A stretch of 32,764 nucleotides of DNA from an uncultured Chloroflexota bacterium (GTDB lineage: Bacteria > Chloroflexota > Limnocylindria > P2-11E). Numbering within the stretch: position 1 is the stretch's first letter; every line of letters starts with the position of its first letter. A model generated the notes under the pieces. The model was not told the DNA's origin, did no database searches, and saw only the letters and a list, made by a program, of their open reading frames with translations. The position numbers were made by a program, and so were the translations under genes. This document shows, one piece after another, positions 15,790 through 25,534 of this stretch. Location: contig CAZTAI010000002.1 in NCBI GenBank assembly GCA_964611555.1, positions 1 to 32,764 on the forward strand. Direction: 5' to 3'.

Positions 15790-16839
15790 GTGGACGCCGT
15801 CCGCCTTGGCCTGATCGGCGCGGGCGCCATGGGTCGTCTCCACGCCTCGGTCATCCGCGACTTGCCTGATGCGGAGCTGTTGGCCGTTGCGGAACCCGAT
15901 GCCCGCGCGATTGACCTCATCCGGACCATCGTCCCGGATGCGCGCACCTACGACGACCATGCAGCAATGTTCCTGGATGAGTCGCTCGACGCCGTGGTCG
16001 TCGCGACCCCGGAGTCCCTCCATCGGGCGCCCGTGGAGGCCGCTGCTCGGCACGGCCTTCATGTGTTCGTGGAGAAACCGATGGCCCTTGACCCCGTCGA
16101 TTGCGACGCGATGCTCGAGGCCTGCGGCGCCGCCGGCGTCCGTTTCATGGTGGGCTACATCTTGCGGTTCGAGCCCGCCTACGCGGCACTCCACGCGGCG
16201 GTCGAGGCCGGCCGGTTCGGACGCCCGGTCGCCATGTACGCACGACGCTGCGCGACGATCCAGGAGGCGCGCCGGCTCGGCGGACGAGTGTCGGCCCTCG
16301 AGTACATCGGTGTGCACGACATCGATCAGGTGCTCTGGCACCATGCCGCACCCGTCCGTCGCGTGAGCGCCCGCGCCGCGCGCGGGCGCGTCTGGGAGGA
16401 GCTCGGGACGCCCGACACCATCTGGACGACGATCGAGTTCGAGGATGGGGCGACCGCCGTCACCGAGGCCGGCTGGGCACTTCCAGAAGGGTGGGGCGGG
16501 TGGGCCCCACCGCCGGGCTGGGCGCCCTTCGGTGACGTACGCTTCGACCTGACCGGCACCGCGGGGTTCGGTTCGATCGACCTGCGTCAGATGAACCTGG
16601 TCGGGATCGACGATCATGGCTGGATGTTCCCGGAGACGCGACATTGGCCGCTGGTGGCGGGTGGTGTCGGCGGGGCGCTTCGAGCGGAGGTCGAGCACTT
16701 CGTGCGTTGCGTCCGCACCGGTCAGCGACCGCTGGTCGACGGCGACCAGGGCCGGGAGGTGACGCGCCTCCTCGCTATGGCCAGGCGGTCGCTGGCCGAA
16801 GACCGGGACGTCGCGTATCGGGAGTTGCTCGCATGGTGA
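15790..16839 (+). CDS. Gfo/Idh/MocA-family NAD(P)-dependent oxidoreductase (copy A)
   Basis: 349 aa. N-terminal Rossmann LGLIGAGAMG, the family EKP motif (VFVEKPMA), VGYILRFEP. Confidence 0.88.
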   Translation: MDAVRLGLIGAGAMGRLHASVIRDLPDAELLAVAEPDARAIDLIRTIVPDARTYDDHAAMFLDESLDAVVVATPESLHRAPVEAAARHGLHVFVEKPMALDPVDCDAMLEACGAAGVRFMVGYILRFEPAYAALHAAVEAGRFGRPVAMYARRCATIQEARRLGGRVSALEYIGVHDIDQVLWHHAAPVRRVSARAARGRVWEELGTPDTIWTTIEFEDGATAVTEAGWALPEGWGGWAPPPGWAPFGDVRFDLTGTAGFGSIDLRQMNLVGIDDHGWMFPETRHWPLVAGGVGGALRAEVEHFVRCVRTGQRPLVDGDQGREVTRLLAMARRSLAEDRDVAYRELLAW

Positions 16840-17612
16840 GCTACCGTTGGGCTGAGCTGACCTGGCCGGAGATCGCCGCCGCCGTCGAGCGCGACCCGGT
16901 AGTCATCGTGCCTCTTGGATCGATCGAGCAACACGGGCCGCACCTCCCGCTATCCACAGATACGGACATCGGCCTCGCGCTCGCCGACGCGGCCGCCAAG
17001 ATGGCCGATGGCCGCCGCATCCCTGTCATGGTCACGCCGCCGGTCTGGACGGGCTACTCGCCGCACCACATGGACTTCCCGGGCACCATCACCCTTGAGC
17101 CCGAGACCTTCATGGCCGTCGTCGGCGACGTCGCCGGGAGCCTGTACCGCCACGGTGTTCGGCATCTCCTGCTGCTGAACAGCCACGGCGGGAACATCTG
17201 GCTTGCCAAGGCGGCCGCCGACCGGATCGCCGTCCAAACTGGCCGGTCACCGATCGTCTGCACGTACTGGCATCTCATCGCCAACGAGGCGCAGGCTGGC
17301 CGCCGCTCACCACCCGGTGGGATGGGCCACGCCTGCGAGCTGGAGACCTCCCTGCAGCTCCGGCTCGATCCGGCACGGGTCCGGACCGACCGGCTGGCGC
17401 CGAGCGTCATCCCGCCCACGAGCCCCTACCACCACGTGGAGATGTTCGCGGCGAACCGCGTCGCGCTCTATAAGCCATTCAAGGAGTACTCGCCCTCGGG
17501 GGTCATCGGCGACCCGACACTCGCCACCCCCGAGCTGGGCGAACGGATCTTCCAAGCAACAGTGGAGGCGATCGTCGATGTCTGCGCCGAGATCCACCGT
17601 GGCCGCCTCTGA
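16833..17612 (+). CDS. Creatininase-superfamily metal-dependent hydrolase (copy A)
   Basis: 259 aa from ATG 16833, with an ATGGTGA overlap on the upstream stop. The track ORF starts at 16644, but the upstream part is Arg/Gly-rich antisense-like sequence. Family motifs are GSIEQHGPHLPLSTDTD, NSHGGN and GHACELETS, so the metal and catalytic positions are retained. Confidence 0.88.
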   Translation: MVSYRWAELTWPEIAAAVERDPVVIVPLGSIEQHGPHLPLSTDTDIGLALADAAAKMADGRRIPVMVTPPVWTGYSPHHMDFPGTITLEPETFMAVVGDVAGSLYRHGVRHLLLLNSHGGNIWLAKAAADRIAVQTGRSPIVCTYWHLIANEAQAGRRSPPGGMGHACELETSLQLRLDPARVRTDRLAPSVIPPTSPYHHVEMFAANRVALYKPFKEYSPSGVIGDPTLATPELGERIFQATVEAIVDVCAEIHRGRL

Positions 17613-19077
17613 GCCGGCCGGCGCCGGCCGGAGCATCCCGCATCTCAAGCACTTCATCGCCGGGCAGTGGGTTGAGAGCGGGTCGGGCAGGACCTTCCCG
17701 GCCTTCAACCCCGCCACGGGCGAGATCATCGCCCACCTGGCCGAGGGGGACCGCGAGGACGCCGACCGGGCGATCGGCGCGGCGAATCGAGCGCGCGACA
17801 CGATGCGCAGGATGAGCACCTGGGACCGCTCGCGTCTCTGCCGCCGCATCGCCGACGTCATGGAGACCCACCGCGACGAGCTGGCCCACTGGCTGAGCCT
17901 CGACCAGGGCAAGCCCCTGCACGGCGAAGCGCGCGCCGAGGTTGCCGCCGCCATCACCGGCTTCCAGGAGGCGGCCGAGCAGGTCAAGTGGCTCGAGAGC
18001 CAGGTCATCCCGGTCGAGGATCCCGCCAAGCGGGTTCTCACGTTCCGTCAAGCTCGCGGGGTCTACGCCGTGATCACGCCCTGGAACTTCCCGCTCAACA
18101 TCCCGATCGAGTATCTCGGGCCAGGGCTGGCGACCGGCAACGCCATCGTCTGGGCGCCGGCGCCGACGACGTCGGTCATCGCCATCAAGCTGGCCGAGAT
18201 GCTCCAGGAAGCGGACCTGCCGGCCGGTGCGGTCAACGTCGTGACGGGGCCGGGACCGATCGTGGGTGACCAGATCGTCGCGAGCCGCGGCACGGACGCC
18301 GTGGGTTTTACGGGCTCGAGCGCGACCGGAGAGGCCGTCGCCCGTCGGGCCGCCGGGAAACCCGTCCTGATGGAGCTCGGTGGCAACGGTCCGACGATCA
18401 TCTGCGACGACGCCGACCTCGAGCGAGCCGCCCAGGCGACAGCCTTCGGCGCCTTCTTCAACGCCGGCCAGGTCTGCTCGGCAGCCGGGCGCGTCCTCGT
18501 CCCCGAGCGGCTCCAGGAGCCCTTCGCCGAGCTCCTCGCCGGACACGCCCGTGAGATCCGCCTCGGAGACCCCTTCGACGAGGCCACGACCATGGGCCCG
18601 CTGAACAATCCGGCGGTTGCGGAGAAGGTCGACCGTCACCTCAGGGATGGCCTCGAGCTGGGCGCTCGGGTCGTTGCAGGCGGCGGGCGGGCATCCGGGC
18701 TCGGATCGGACCTCTTCTATCACCCTACGGTCCTCGTCGAGGTTCCGCCCGAGAGCGCGCTGGGCCGCGAGGAGACATTCGGGCCGGTCGCCCCGATCAT
18801 CCCGTTCCGGGACGACGACGATGCGATGCGGATCGCCAACGGCGGCGAGCTGGGCCTGGTCGCAGCCGTCTTCACCTCGAACATGAAACGCGCCTGGTGG
18901 TTCGCCGAGAATCTCCGGGCCGGGCTCGTCAACATCAACGAGCACTCGAACTACTGGGAGCTGCACATTCCCTTCGGTGGCGTCGCAGGGAAACGGAGTG
19001 GCGTGGGCCGCGTCGGTGGCAAGCACGCGCTGATGGAGATGACCGATCTGCGCACCGTGGCCTTCGACCTGCGCTGA
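17578..19077 (+). CDS. Aldehyde dehydrogenase family protein (copy A)
   Basis: 499 aa from ATG 17578, with GGAGG 9 nt upstream; GTG 17599 is an alternative. The track ORF starts at 17203 inside the previous gene. Motifs: ITPWNFPL, FTGSSATG, MELGGNGP, NAGQVCSAAGR (catalytic Cys) and PFGGVAGKRSG. Confidence 0.9.
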   Translation: MSAPRSTVAASEPAGAGRSIPHLKHFIAGQWVESGSGRTFPAFNPATGEIIAHLAEGDREDADRAIGAANRARDTMRRMSTWDRSRLCRRIADVMETHRDELAHWLSLDQGKPLHGEARAEVAAAITGFQEAAEQVKWLESQVIPVEDPAKRVLTFRQARGVYAVITPWNFPLNIPIEYLGPGLATGNAIVWAPAPTTSVIAIKLAEMLQEADLPAGAVNVVTGPGPIVGDQIVASRGTDAVGFTGSSATGEAVARRAAGKPVLMELGGNGPTIICDDADLERAAQATAFGAFFNAGQVCSAAGRVLVPERLQEPFAELLAGHAREIRLGDPFDEATTMGPLNNPAVAEKVDRHLRDGLELGARVVAGGGRASGLGSDLFYHPTVLVEVPPESALGREETFGPVAPIIPFRDDDDAMRIANGGELGLVAAVFTSNMKRAWWFAENLRAGLVNINEHSNYWELHIPFGGVAGKRSGVGRVGGKHALMEMTDLRTVAFDLR

Positions 19078-19145
19078 GGATCCAGACAAGGCGCAGACCG
19101 CCCGGTCGACCGGCCGAGATCCTGTCGCTGCCCGAAGTCGGTCAT

Positions 19146-19164
19146 CCCCGCGCTCGCCGCGGGG
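19146..19164 (+). terminator. GC hairpin downstream of ALDH copy A (possible weak/I-shaped terminator)
   Basis: CCCCGCG-ctcgc-CGCGGGG: a perfect 7-bp stem with a 5-nt loop, 69 nt after the stop at 19077. No U-tract follows, and a gene with its own SD starts at 19183. Confidence 0.3.
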
Positions 19165-19182
19165 TCACGTTGAGGAGAATTC

Positions 19183-19497
19183 TTGAGCAAGGAGGCCGTC
19201 TTCACCCCCAACGCCCCTCGCCCGGTGGCCTCGTACTCACAGGCCGTCCGCAAGGCCAACATCCTGGTCATGCCCGGCCAAGGAGGCTTCGACGCCACCA
19301 CCGACAAGCTGGTCGGTCCGGAGGTCGAGGAGCAGACCCGCCGGACCCTCCGCAACCTGCGACTCGTGGCGGGCAAGAACGGATCCCGGTCCAGCACCTG
19401 GCCCTCGATGAACCGTCCGACGTCCCGGGTGGCATCGCCCACGGAACCGATCGTCCCGATTGTTCAATGCATTTCTCCTGTGATCGCGTCCTGCTGA
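19183..19497 (+). pseudogene. RidA/YjgF/L-PSP family gene with the C-terminal half replaced (probably non-functional)
   Basis: TTG start behind GAGGAG. Residues 1 to about 62 (MSKEAVFTPNAPRPVASYSQAVRKANILVMPGQGGFDATTDKLVGPEVEEQTRRTLRNLRLV) match the RidA family pattern. From about 19370 the frame reads unrelated Ser/Pro-rich sequence. No other frame restores the conserved C-terminal half. The ORF tail overlaps the convergent M81 gene by 34 nt. Confidence 0.55.
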
Positions 19498-21035
19498 GCT
19501 GCCGCCGTCGATGCCAGCCTCGGATCGAGGGTTATCAGGCCGCCAGGAAACGACTCGTCGAGCGGATAGATTGGTCGCCGGACGTTGCGGTACTGGAAGC
19601 GCCTGGGGTCGGGATTGGTAATGCCCGGGGTATCGACCTCGATGATCGACCCGGCCACACGTTCGATGACCTCGAATCTGTGGCGAAAGACCGCCGCGGA
19701 CTGGACGACGACGATCCGCTTCTCGCGGGGCTCCACCCCGTAGCGCCGGAAGTACTCGGGACCGATCTGGCTCGTGGGATGTTGGGTAAGGATGACGTCC
19801 GTCGCGCCGCATCGGACGACGGCGACACGTCCCGGGTCGGCGAAGAGGTCCGTCCCGGATTCTGCTCGTTCGGCCAGGAATTGGACCCGCCCGCCGATCT
19901 GGCATGGGTCGCCGTTCGAAGGCTCGAAATGTCCGCCGACAGCCAGGTCGATCCTGGCACCGACCCCGGCCTCAATACAGGCGGCGACCGCCGCCGGATC
20001 TCGAATGAACAGCGCAGCGTCCGGCCAATCGTGAGCGATGAACTCTGTCAGTATCGCAGTCCCGTCTCCGGGGCTGCCACCCGCGGCGTTATTGCCCTCG
20101 TCGGCCAGCACCACGGGCCAGGCCTCAGTCCTGAGGGCGCGCTCCACGGCCTCGGCCGGCGGGGTCATCACGAGAGACGTGTCAAAACCCCGCCGAAGTC
20201 GCCAGGCGAGCTCCGCCAGTTCGTTGGCATAGTCGGCCGCCAGCTCAGGCGCACCATCCGTGTGGACGAGGATCGATATGCCCGCCTCGGGGACGTCGGC
20301 GTCGCCGAATCCGGCATTGATCGAGATGTTCACTACCCGCGGGTCGCGTTCGAGCTCAGCTGCCCGTTGCGACAGCCAGAACAGGGGCGGCTTGATGAGC
20401 GCAAGCGGCGCCTCGGTGAGGCTCATGAGCCCACCCTTGAGGAGGATCGGCGGTCTGCGGATGGCGGCCGTCGAATGGATCTCGGCCCGGAGCAGGCGAG
20501 CGATCACGGAGGCCGCCTCAACACCCCGCTCCACCATGTCGAGGTGCGGGGTCGTCTTGTAGGCGATCGCGACATCGGCGAAGTCGAGCCATCGCGGACC
20601 GACGTTGCCATGGGCATCGTTGACAGTGACGATCGGACGGTCAGGGCCGACTGCCGCCCGGATACGACGGAGCAACTCGGTCTCTGGATCGGCGAATGTC
20701 TCGCTCGCCCCCGCCCCGTGGAGGTGGAGGAGAACCGCATCCGGATGCGACGCCCGAATCGACGTCTCCAATTGCTCGGCCGCCCACTCAAATGCGTCCT
20801 TCGTGATGATGCCCGTGAACGGCCCCGCGGAGGCGAAGAACGCCGGCACGACGTCGAGCCCTTGGTCGCGGAGCCCCGAGGCGAAGCCGCTCAGAACAGG
20901 CTGTGCTCCGTCGAAGGCTTCGTCCATCTCGCCGATCCAGGTGCGCCCGGGCCGCTCTTCAAAGGACGACCGTGAGGTCGGCAGCGGATTGAAGGTGTTC
21001 GTTTCGTGCCAGAGCCCCCCGACGGCCACCCGCAT
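19464..21035 (-). CDS. M81-family metallopeptidase (MlrC-like)
   Basis: 523 aa. The N-terminus MRVAVGGLWHETNTFNP is characteristic of the MlrC/M81 N-terminal domain. The length fits the two-domain architecture. Last gene of the minus-strand operon. Confidence 0.82.
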   Translation of the reverse strand: MRVAVGGLWHETNTFNPLPTSRSSFEERPGRTWIGEMDEAFDGAQPVLSGFASGLRDQGLDVVPAFFASAGPFTGIITKDAFEWAAEQLETSIRASHPDAVLLHLHGAGASETFADPETELLRRIRAAVGPDRPIVTVNDAHGNVGPRWLDFADVAIAYKTTPHLDMVERGVEAASVIARLLRAEIHSTAAIRRPPILLKGGLMSLTEAPLALIKPPLFWLSQRAAELERDPRVVNISINAGFGDADVPEAGISILVHTDGAPELAADYANELAELAWRLRRGFDTSLVMTPPAEAVERALRTEAWPVVLADEGNNAAGGSPGDGTAILTEFIAHDWPDAALFIRDPAAVAACIEAGVGARIDLAVGGHFEPSNGDPCQIGGRVQFLAERAESGTDLFADPGRVAVVRCGATDVILTQHPTSQIGPEYFRRYGVEPREKRIVVVQSAAVFRHRFEVIERVAGSIIEVDTPGITNPDPRRFQYRNVRRPIYPLDESFPGGLITLDPRLASTAAAQQDAITGEMH

Positions 21036-21038
21036 CGG

Positions 21039-22355
21039 TCAGCCGGGAACGGGCGTCGCGGTGCGGCGCAGCGCAGCGGCGACCCGTTCGATCGTGGTCT
21101 CGATGTCCGCGTCCGTATGGGCCGTCGACACGTACCACATGCCTCGCTGGAGGCAGAGAATGCCGTCGTAGAGGACGGCCTCGGCGAATCGCCCGTATGC
21201 GGCCCCGTCAACCTTGATGAAGTCGCGGTAGTCCCGTAGGGGACGATCGCTGCCGAAGCTGACCGTGAACGCCGGACCGATGCCGTCCGCCGTCGCCTCG
21301 ATCCCGGCCGAACGGGCCGCGTCGAGGATCCCATCGCGGAGTCGATCCCCGAGCCGGCTCAGCCGCTCGTAGACCGCCCCGCCGTCGGCACTGAGTTCGG
21401 CCAGCGTCGCATTTGCCGCGGCGAGGGCTATCGGACTGCCGTTGAACGTTCCCGCGTGGATCACCTCGCGGGTGGCGACGAGCTCCATGATCGAGCGCTT
21501 GCCGGCCACGGCGCTGATGGGGAAACCTCCGCCCAGTGCCTTCCCGAAGATTGCCAGGTCGGGCACCACCCCGAACCGCTCCTGGGCGCCTCCGAGGGCG
21601 ACCCGGAAGCCGGTGATCACTTCATCGAAGATGAGGGCCACCCCGTACCGATCGCACAGAGAACGCAGTCCCTCGAGATATCCGGGCAGTGGTGTGATCC
21701 CGCCCGAGTTGCACATGACGGGCTCGGTCAGGATCGCTGCGATCTCTCCGGATCGCGCGCGCAGGACCTGCTCGACGAGCTCGAGGTCGTTCCACGGCAG
21801 GACGATCGCCTCCTGAACCGCCGAATCGAGCTGCCCCCGACCCATCGGCACGGGCGTGGGCTGGTCTCGTGGTCCAAGCTGGTCCTCTGTTCCCCGGTAG
21901 CTGACGAGGACGTTGTCAAGCCAGCCGTGATAGTGGCCCTCGAACTTGATGAAGCGCCGACGCCCGGTTACGGCGCGGGCGAGCCTGAGCGCGACCTGGA
22001 CGGCTTCGGTCCCGGTAGTGCTGAAAACGACCAGGTCGGCACAGGCAACAAGTTCGTGGATTCGTTCGGCAACCTGCGGCTCCAACTCGTGCTGAGCGCC
22101 GTATGCCTGGCCCCGTGCGAGCTGCTGAGAGACGGCTTCGAGGACTCGCGGGTGGCTGTGACCGAGGATCGTCGGGCCGAATGCCAGCGTGTAGTCGATG
22201 AATTCGTTTCCGTCGACATCGACTAGACGCGAGCCGAAACCACGGTCGAAGTACAGGGGCAGCGGCTTGGCGTCGGCGCGCATCATCGTGCTCACGCCCC
22301 CGGCAAGATGGCGGCGCGCACGCTCGTAGAGGACGCGTGATCGCTCGAAGTTCAC
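21039..22355 (-). CDS. Class-III (PLP-dependent) aminotransferase, glutamate-1-semialdehyde aminomutase-like
   Basis: 438 aa. LAGGVST...R, FIDY..AFGP.ILGH, STTGTEAVQVALRLARAVTGR, FEGHYHGW, LIFDEVITGFR and the PLP-lysine context FGKALGGG. GTGA overlap with the upstream ALDH at 22352-22355. Confidence 0.9.
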   Translation of the reverse strand: MNFERSRVLYERARRHLAGGVSTMMRADAKPLPLYFDRGFGSRLVDVDGNEFIDYTLAFGPTILGHSHPRVLEAVSQQLARGQAYGAQHELEPQVAERIHELVACADLVVFSTTGTEAVQVALRLARAVTGRRRFIKFEGHYHGWLDNVLVSYRGTEDQLGPRDQPTPVPMGRGQLDSAVQEAIVLPWNDLELVEQVLRARSGEIAAILTEPVMCNSGGITPLPGYLEGLRSLCDRYGVALIFDEVITGFRVALGGAQERFGVVPDLAIFGKALGGGFPISAVAGKRSIMELVATREVIHAGTFNGSPIALAAANATLAELSADGGAVYERLSRLGDRLRDGILDAARSAGIEATADGIGPAFTVSFGSDRPLRDYRDFIKVDGAAYGRFAEAVLYDGILCLQRGMWYVSTAHTDADIETTIERVAAALRRTATPVPG

Positions 22356-23842
22356 AGCGTCGTCTCCACTCTGGGCTCGACGTCAATGACGATGGTCTTG
22401 AGCTGGCTGAGCTCCTGGATCGTGAAGCGCCCTCCGAGTCTGCCGAGCCCGCTGCGCTTGCCCGCATAGCCTCCGAATGGCGTGTGGGGCTGCCAGTAAG
22501 TGGGGCACTCGTTCACGTTGACGATGCCGCTCTGCAAGCGCTCCGCGTAGTAGTAGGCTCGGGCGAGATCGCGCGTGAAGATGGCCGAGACGAGCCCAAG
22601 CTCGCCCGCGTTCGCGAGCTCGATCGCCTGTTCATCGGTGCTGAACGTCAGGACGGGTGCGACCGGACCGAAGGTCTCGTACTCGCTGATGAGCATCTCG
22701 GGAGTCACCTCGTCGATCACTGTCGGTTCGTAGTAGAGCGTCGTCGGGAAGCCCGGCGCGCGGCGGCCGCCAGCCAGGATCCTTGCTCCCCGGCTCACTG
22801 CGTCTTGAAGGTGATCGTCGACCTTGCGCGCGGTCGCCTCGTTGTTGAGCGGGCCCATGGTCGAGGCCGGATCGAGCGAAGGCCCGAGGTGCACCCGCGC
22901 TGCACGCTCGACCAGTCCTTGGACGAACGCGTCATGGACTGACTCGTGAACCAGGATCCGCTCGGTCGAATCACAGATCTGTCCGGCGTTAGAGAAACAG
23001 CCGAAGGCAACCCGATCGATCGCGCGGTCGAGGTCCGCGTCTGCCGCGACGATCGCCGGGCCGTTGCCCCCGAGCTCGAGCAGGAGCTTCCGAGTGCCCG
23101 CCTGAGCCGCGATCGCCTCGCCCGTGGACGAGCTTCCGGTCGCCCCGATGGCCGTCACCGTCCGGTCCTTCGTGAGCTCGCGCGCGATGACTGCGCCTGC
23201 GCCGAGGACGAGGTTGATGACACCCGCCGGGAGGCCGGCGTCGATCGCGCACTCCAGGAGGCGGACGGCGATGATCGGTGTGTTGCGCGCCGGCTTCCAG
23301 ACGACCGTATTACCCGCGGCGAGGTTGGCGGCAAGGTACTCGGACGGGATCGCGAGGGGGAAGTTCCAGGGGGTGATCACACCGACCACTCCGAGGGGCT
23401 CCCGGACCACGTAGATCCGCTTGGCAGGATCGAGCGACGGCAGGGCCTCGCCGCTCAGACGCTTCACATCTTCGGCGGCGTCGTGGAACATCTCCGCCGC
23501 GACGCTCACTTCATCGCGCGCCTCCGCCAGCGGCTTGCCCTGCTCGCTCGAGAGGTCCGCCGCCATACTTTCCCGCCGGCGCATCAGCTCGTCTCCGATC
23601 GCATGGCAGAGACGCGCACGCTCGGCAATCGACGATCGCCGATAGGTGTGCGAAGCAGTGCCGGCCGCGACGATGGCCTGCCGGACGTCGCCCGGGGTGG
23701 CCGCGCGGGCCCGGGCCAGGAGCTCGCCCGTGGCCGGGCTTTGCACCGGGAACTCCTCCCCATGAGCGGCGGTCCACCGGCCACCGGTCCAGGGCCGCAG
23801 GGTGAGGGTTCCGGGCGCGCGGGGCGGGGTCTGGATGTTCAT
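22352..23842 (-). CDS. Aldehyde dehydrogenase family protein (copy B)
   Basis: 496 aa. ITPWNFPL, ATGSSSTG, LELGGNGP, NAGQICDSTER (catalytic Cys) and PFGGYAGKRSG. Clearly a paralog of 17578-19077. ATGA overlap with iclR at 23839-23842. Confidence 0.9.
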   Translation of the reverse strand: MNIQTPPRAPGTLTLRPWTGGRWTAAHGEEFPVQSPATGELLARARAATPGDVRQAIVAAGTASHTYRRSSIAERARLCHAIGDELMRRRESMAADLSSEQGKPLAEARDEVSVAAEMFHDAAEDVKRLSGEALPSLDPAKRIYVVREPLGVVGVITPWNFPLAIPSEYLAANLAAGNTVVWKPARNTPIIAVRLLECAIDAGLPAGVINLVLGAGAVIARELTKDRTVTAIGATGSSSTGEAIAAQAGTRKLLLELGGNGPAIVAADADLDRAIDRVAFGCFSNAGQICDSTERILVHESVHDAFVQGLVERAARVHLGPSLDPASTMGPLNNEATARKVDDHLQDAVSRGARILAGGRRAPGFPTTLYYEPTVIDEVTPEMLISEYETFGPVAPVLTFSTDEQAIELANAGELGLVSAIFTRDLARAYYYAERLQSGIVNVNECPTYWQPHTPFGGYAGKRSGLGRLGGRFTIQELSQLKTIVIDVEPRVETTL

Positions 23843-24750
23843 CGAGCTGACTCCTGCTCATCTGACTCCCGGTCTGACGGGTGACCAATCCCGGGTCGTA
23901 GGTAGCCGAGCTGTTCGGAGACGAGCCGCGCCGCTTCCTGGGCCGCGCCTCCCAGCTCCGGCAGGCGCTCGAGCGTCATCCGGCTTGCGGGGCCAGAGAT
24001 GCTGATGCCGGCGACCACGTCGCCGCCGTGACTGAGCACGGAAGCGGCGACGCAGCGCGCTCCGGGTTCATTCTCCTCATCATCGGCCGCATACCCTCGC
24101 TCGCGCGCTGTCCGGAGCTCCGCGAGGAAACGCGCCTGATCGCCGATGGTTCGGGCCGTCTTTGGATGCAGCCCGAACCGCCGGATGTGGTCCACGACGA
24201 AGGCCTCGGACTCCGAGGCCAGCATCGCCTTGCCGAGCGCTGTCGAGTGCAGATCGTCCGTCGAGCCGACGCTTGCGGCCATGCGGAGGCTCTGGGGGCT
24301 CTCCAGAATGTCGATGTAGGCGATGCGCCCGTCGACTCGAACGGCCAGATTGACCGTTTCGCCGGACCGCTCCTGAAGCTGCTCGAGGAAGGGGCGCGCG
24401 ATCGCGCGGAGATCGAGCCCGGCCGAGACGCGGCCACTCAGGTGGATGAGCTTGAGGCCGAGCCCGTAGCGGCCGGTATCACGGTCGCGCTGAACGTACC
24501 CCCGCCGTTCCAGGTTCGTCAGGATTCGGAAGGCCGTGACCTTGTGCAGGCCAGCCAGGGCGGCCACCTCGCTCTGACCGAGGCTGGGCCGGTCGGCCAA
24601 CAGCTCGAGGACGTCGAGGGCACGACTCAGCGCCGCGATCTCGTAGGAGCGGCGATCGGCCGAATCCCTGGAACGGACGGCGGCACGCGACCGTGCGGCA
24701 GGACGCCCCGCCGAGCCTGTTCGAAGGTCGGTGCGTTCAGTGTCAATCAA
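23839..24750 (-). CDS. IclR-family transcriptional regulator embedded in the operon
   Basis: wHTH (LSRALDVLELLADRPSLGQSEVAALAGLHKVTAFRILTNL) plus effector domain (VNLAVRVDGRIAYIDILES, LHSTALGKAMLA, GYAADDEENEPGARCVAASV). Proposed start is TTG 24748-24750 with AAGGAGG 9 nt upstream, overlapping the creatininase stop (TTGATTGA). The track ORF extends to 24855 inside the upstream gene. Confidence 0.85.
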   Translation of the reverse strand: MIDTERTDLRTGSAGRPAARSRAAVRSRDSADRRSYEIAALSRALDVLELLADRPSLGQSEVAALAGLHKVTAFRILTNLERRGYVQRDRDTGRYGLGLKLIHLSGRVSAGLDLRAIARPFLEQLQERSGETVNLAVRVDGRIAYIDILESPQSLRMAASVGSTDDLHSTALGKAMLASESEAFVVDHIRRFGLHPKTARTIGDQARFLAELRTARERGYAADDEENEPGARCVAASVLSHGGDVVAGISISGPASRMTLERLPELGGAAQEAARLVSEQLGYLRPGIGHPSDRESDEQESAR

Positions 24751-25534
24751 CCTGTGTGCCCTCCTTGATTGGCAGTGGCAGGCCGCGGAACACGGCCAGA
24801 AAGTCGACAAGCCTTGAGGCGGACGTCTCGAGGATCCGCTCGCCGAGCTCGGCACTTGCGCTTGACGGGTCGCCGTAGATCCCGGACGGCGATTCGAGAC
24901 TCGGGTCGGGAGGCATCAGCGCGACGCCGGCGAATTCTGGAGGCAGAAGCGAACGAGCCGGCGATCCGGAGGGTGGATCGGCGAGGGCCGCGACGAGCTG
25001 CGGGCGAAGGGCGAGCTGGAGGGAGGTCTCGATTTCGCCGGCGTGGCCAATCCGTCCGCCGTCGGTCGTGCTCTCCCGCCTCATGACGTCCTCGGCGAAG
25101 CTCCAGTAGCTGGCCCCTGCCGCTCTGATCCCGCGGCTCGCAAGGCGGACGGTGACGTTGTGCATCACTCCGACGTTGCCGGCATGGCCGTTCAGGATCA
25201 TGACCCGGAGAAAGCCGTCCCGAGCAATGCTCATGCACACATCCCACAGCAGATTTTCGAGCGTCTGGGGCGCGAGAGCGATCGTGCCGCCGAAAGGCAT
25301 CCAGTACTCGGATACGCCCCACCAAACGCAGGGCGCGACAACGACTGGAAACGGGGCGGCTGCGGCTGCACGGAGTGCGACCGCTTCGACCGTATGGGAA
25401 TCCGTGTCGACGGGCAGGTGGGGACCGTGCTGCTCAACCGAACCGATCGGCACAACGACGACGGCGCCCTCGGTAGCAAGGGCCGCCAAGGCCTCCCGGG
25501 TCTGGGTCTGCCACTGAATGGCCCTAACTGGCAT
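24743..25534 (-). CDS. Creatininase-superfamily metal-dependent hydrolase (copy B)
   Basis: 263 aa from ATG 25532-25534, with an 11-nt overlap (ATGCCAGTTAG) on the upstream stop. Motifs: GSVEQHGPHLPVDTD, NGHAGN and GHAGEIETS. The track ORF extends to 25720 inside the upstream gene. Confidence 0.88.
   Translation of the reverse strand: MPVRAIQWQTQTREALAALATEGAVVVVPIGSVEQHGPHLPVDTDSHTVEAVALRAAAAAPFPVVVAPCVWWGVSEYWMPFGGTIALAPQTLENLLWDVCMSIARDGFLRVMILNGHAGNVGVMHNVTVRLASRGIRAAGASYWSFAEDVMRRESTTDGGRIGHAGEIETSLQLALRPQLVAALADPPSGSPARSLLPPEFAGVALMPPDPSLESPSGIYGDPSSASAELGERILETSASRLVDFLAVFRGLPLPIKEGTQVD

Noticed and set aside
19370-19463. Possible remnant of another gene between the RidA fragment and the M81 stop
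   Set aside because: All six frames were translated; for example the minus-strand frame reads TIGTIGSVGDATRDVGRFIEGQVLDRDPF. None resembles a family I can name, so it is left as an unexplained seam.
17503-20975. Long ORFs 17503..19089 (-, 528 aa) and 18897..20975 (+, 692 aa)
   Set aside because: They are antisense to ALDH copy A and to the M81 peptidase respectively. They have no family resemblance, and the real genes on the opposite strands have complete catalytic motifs.
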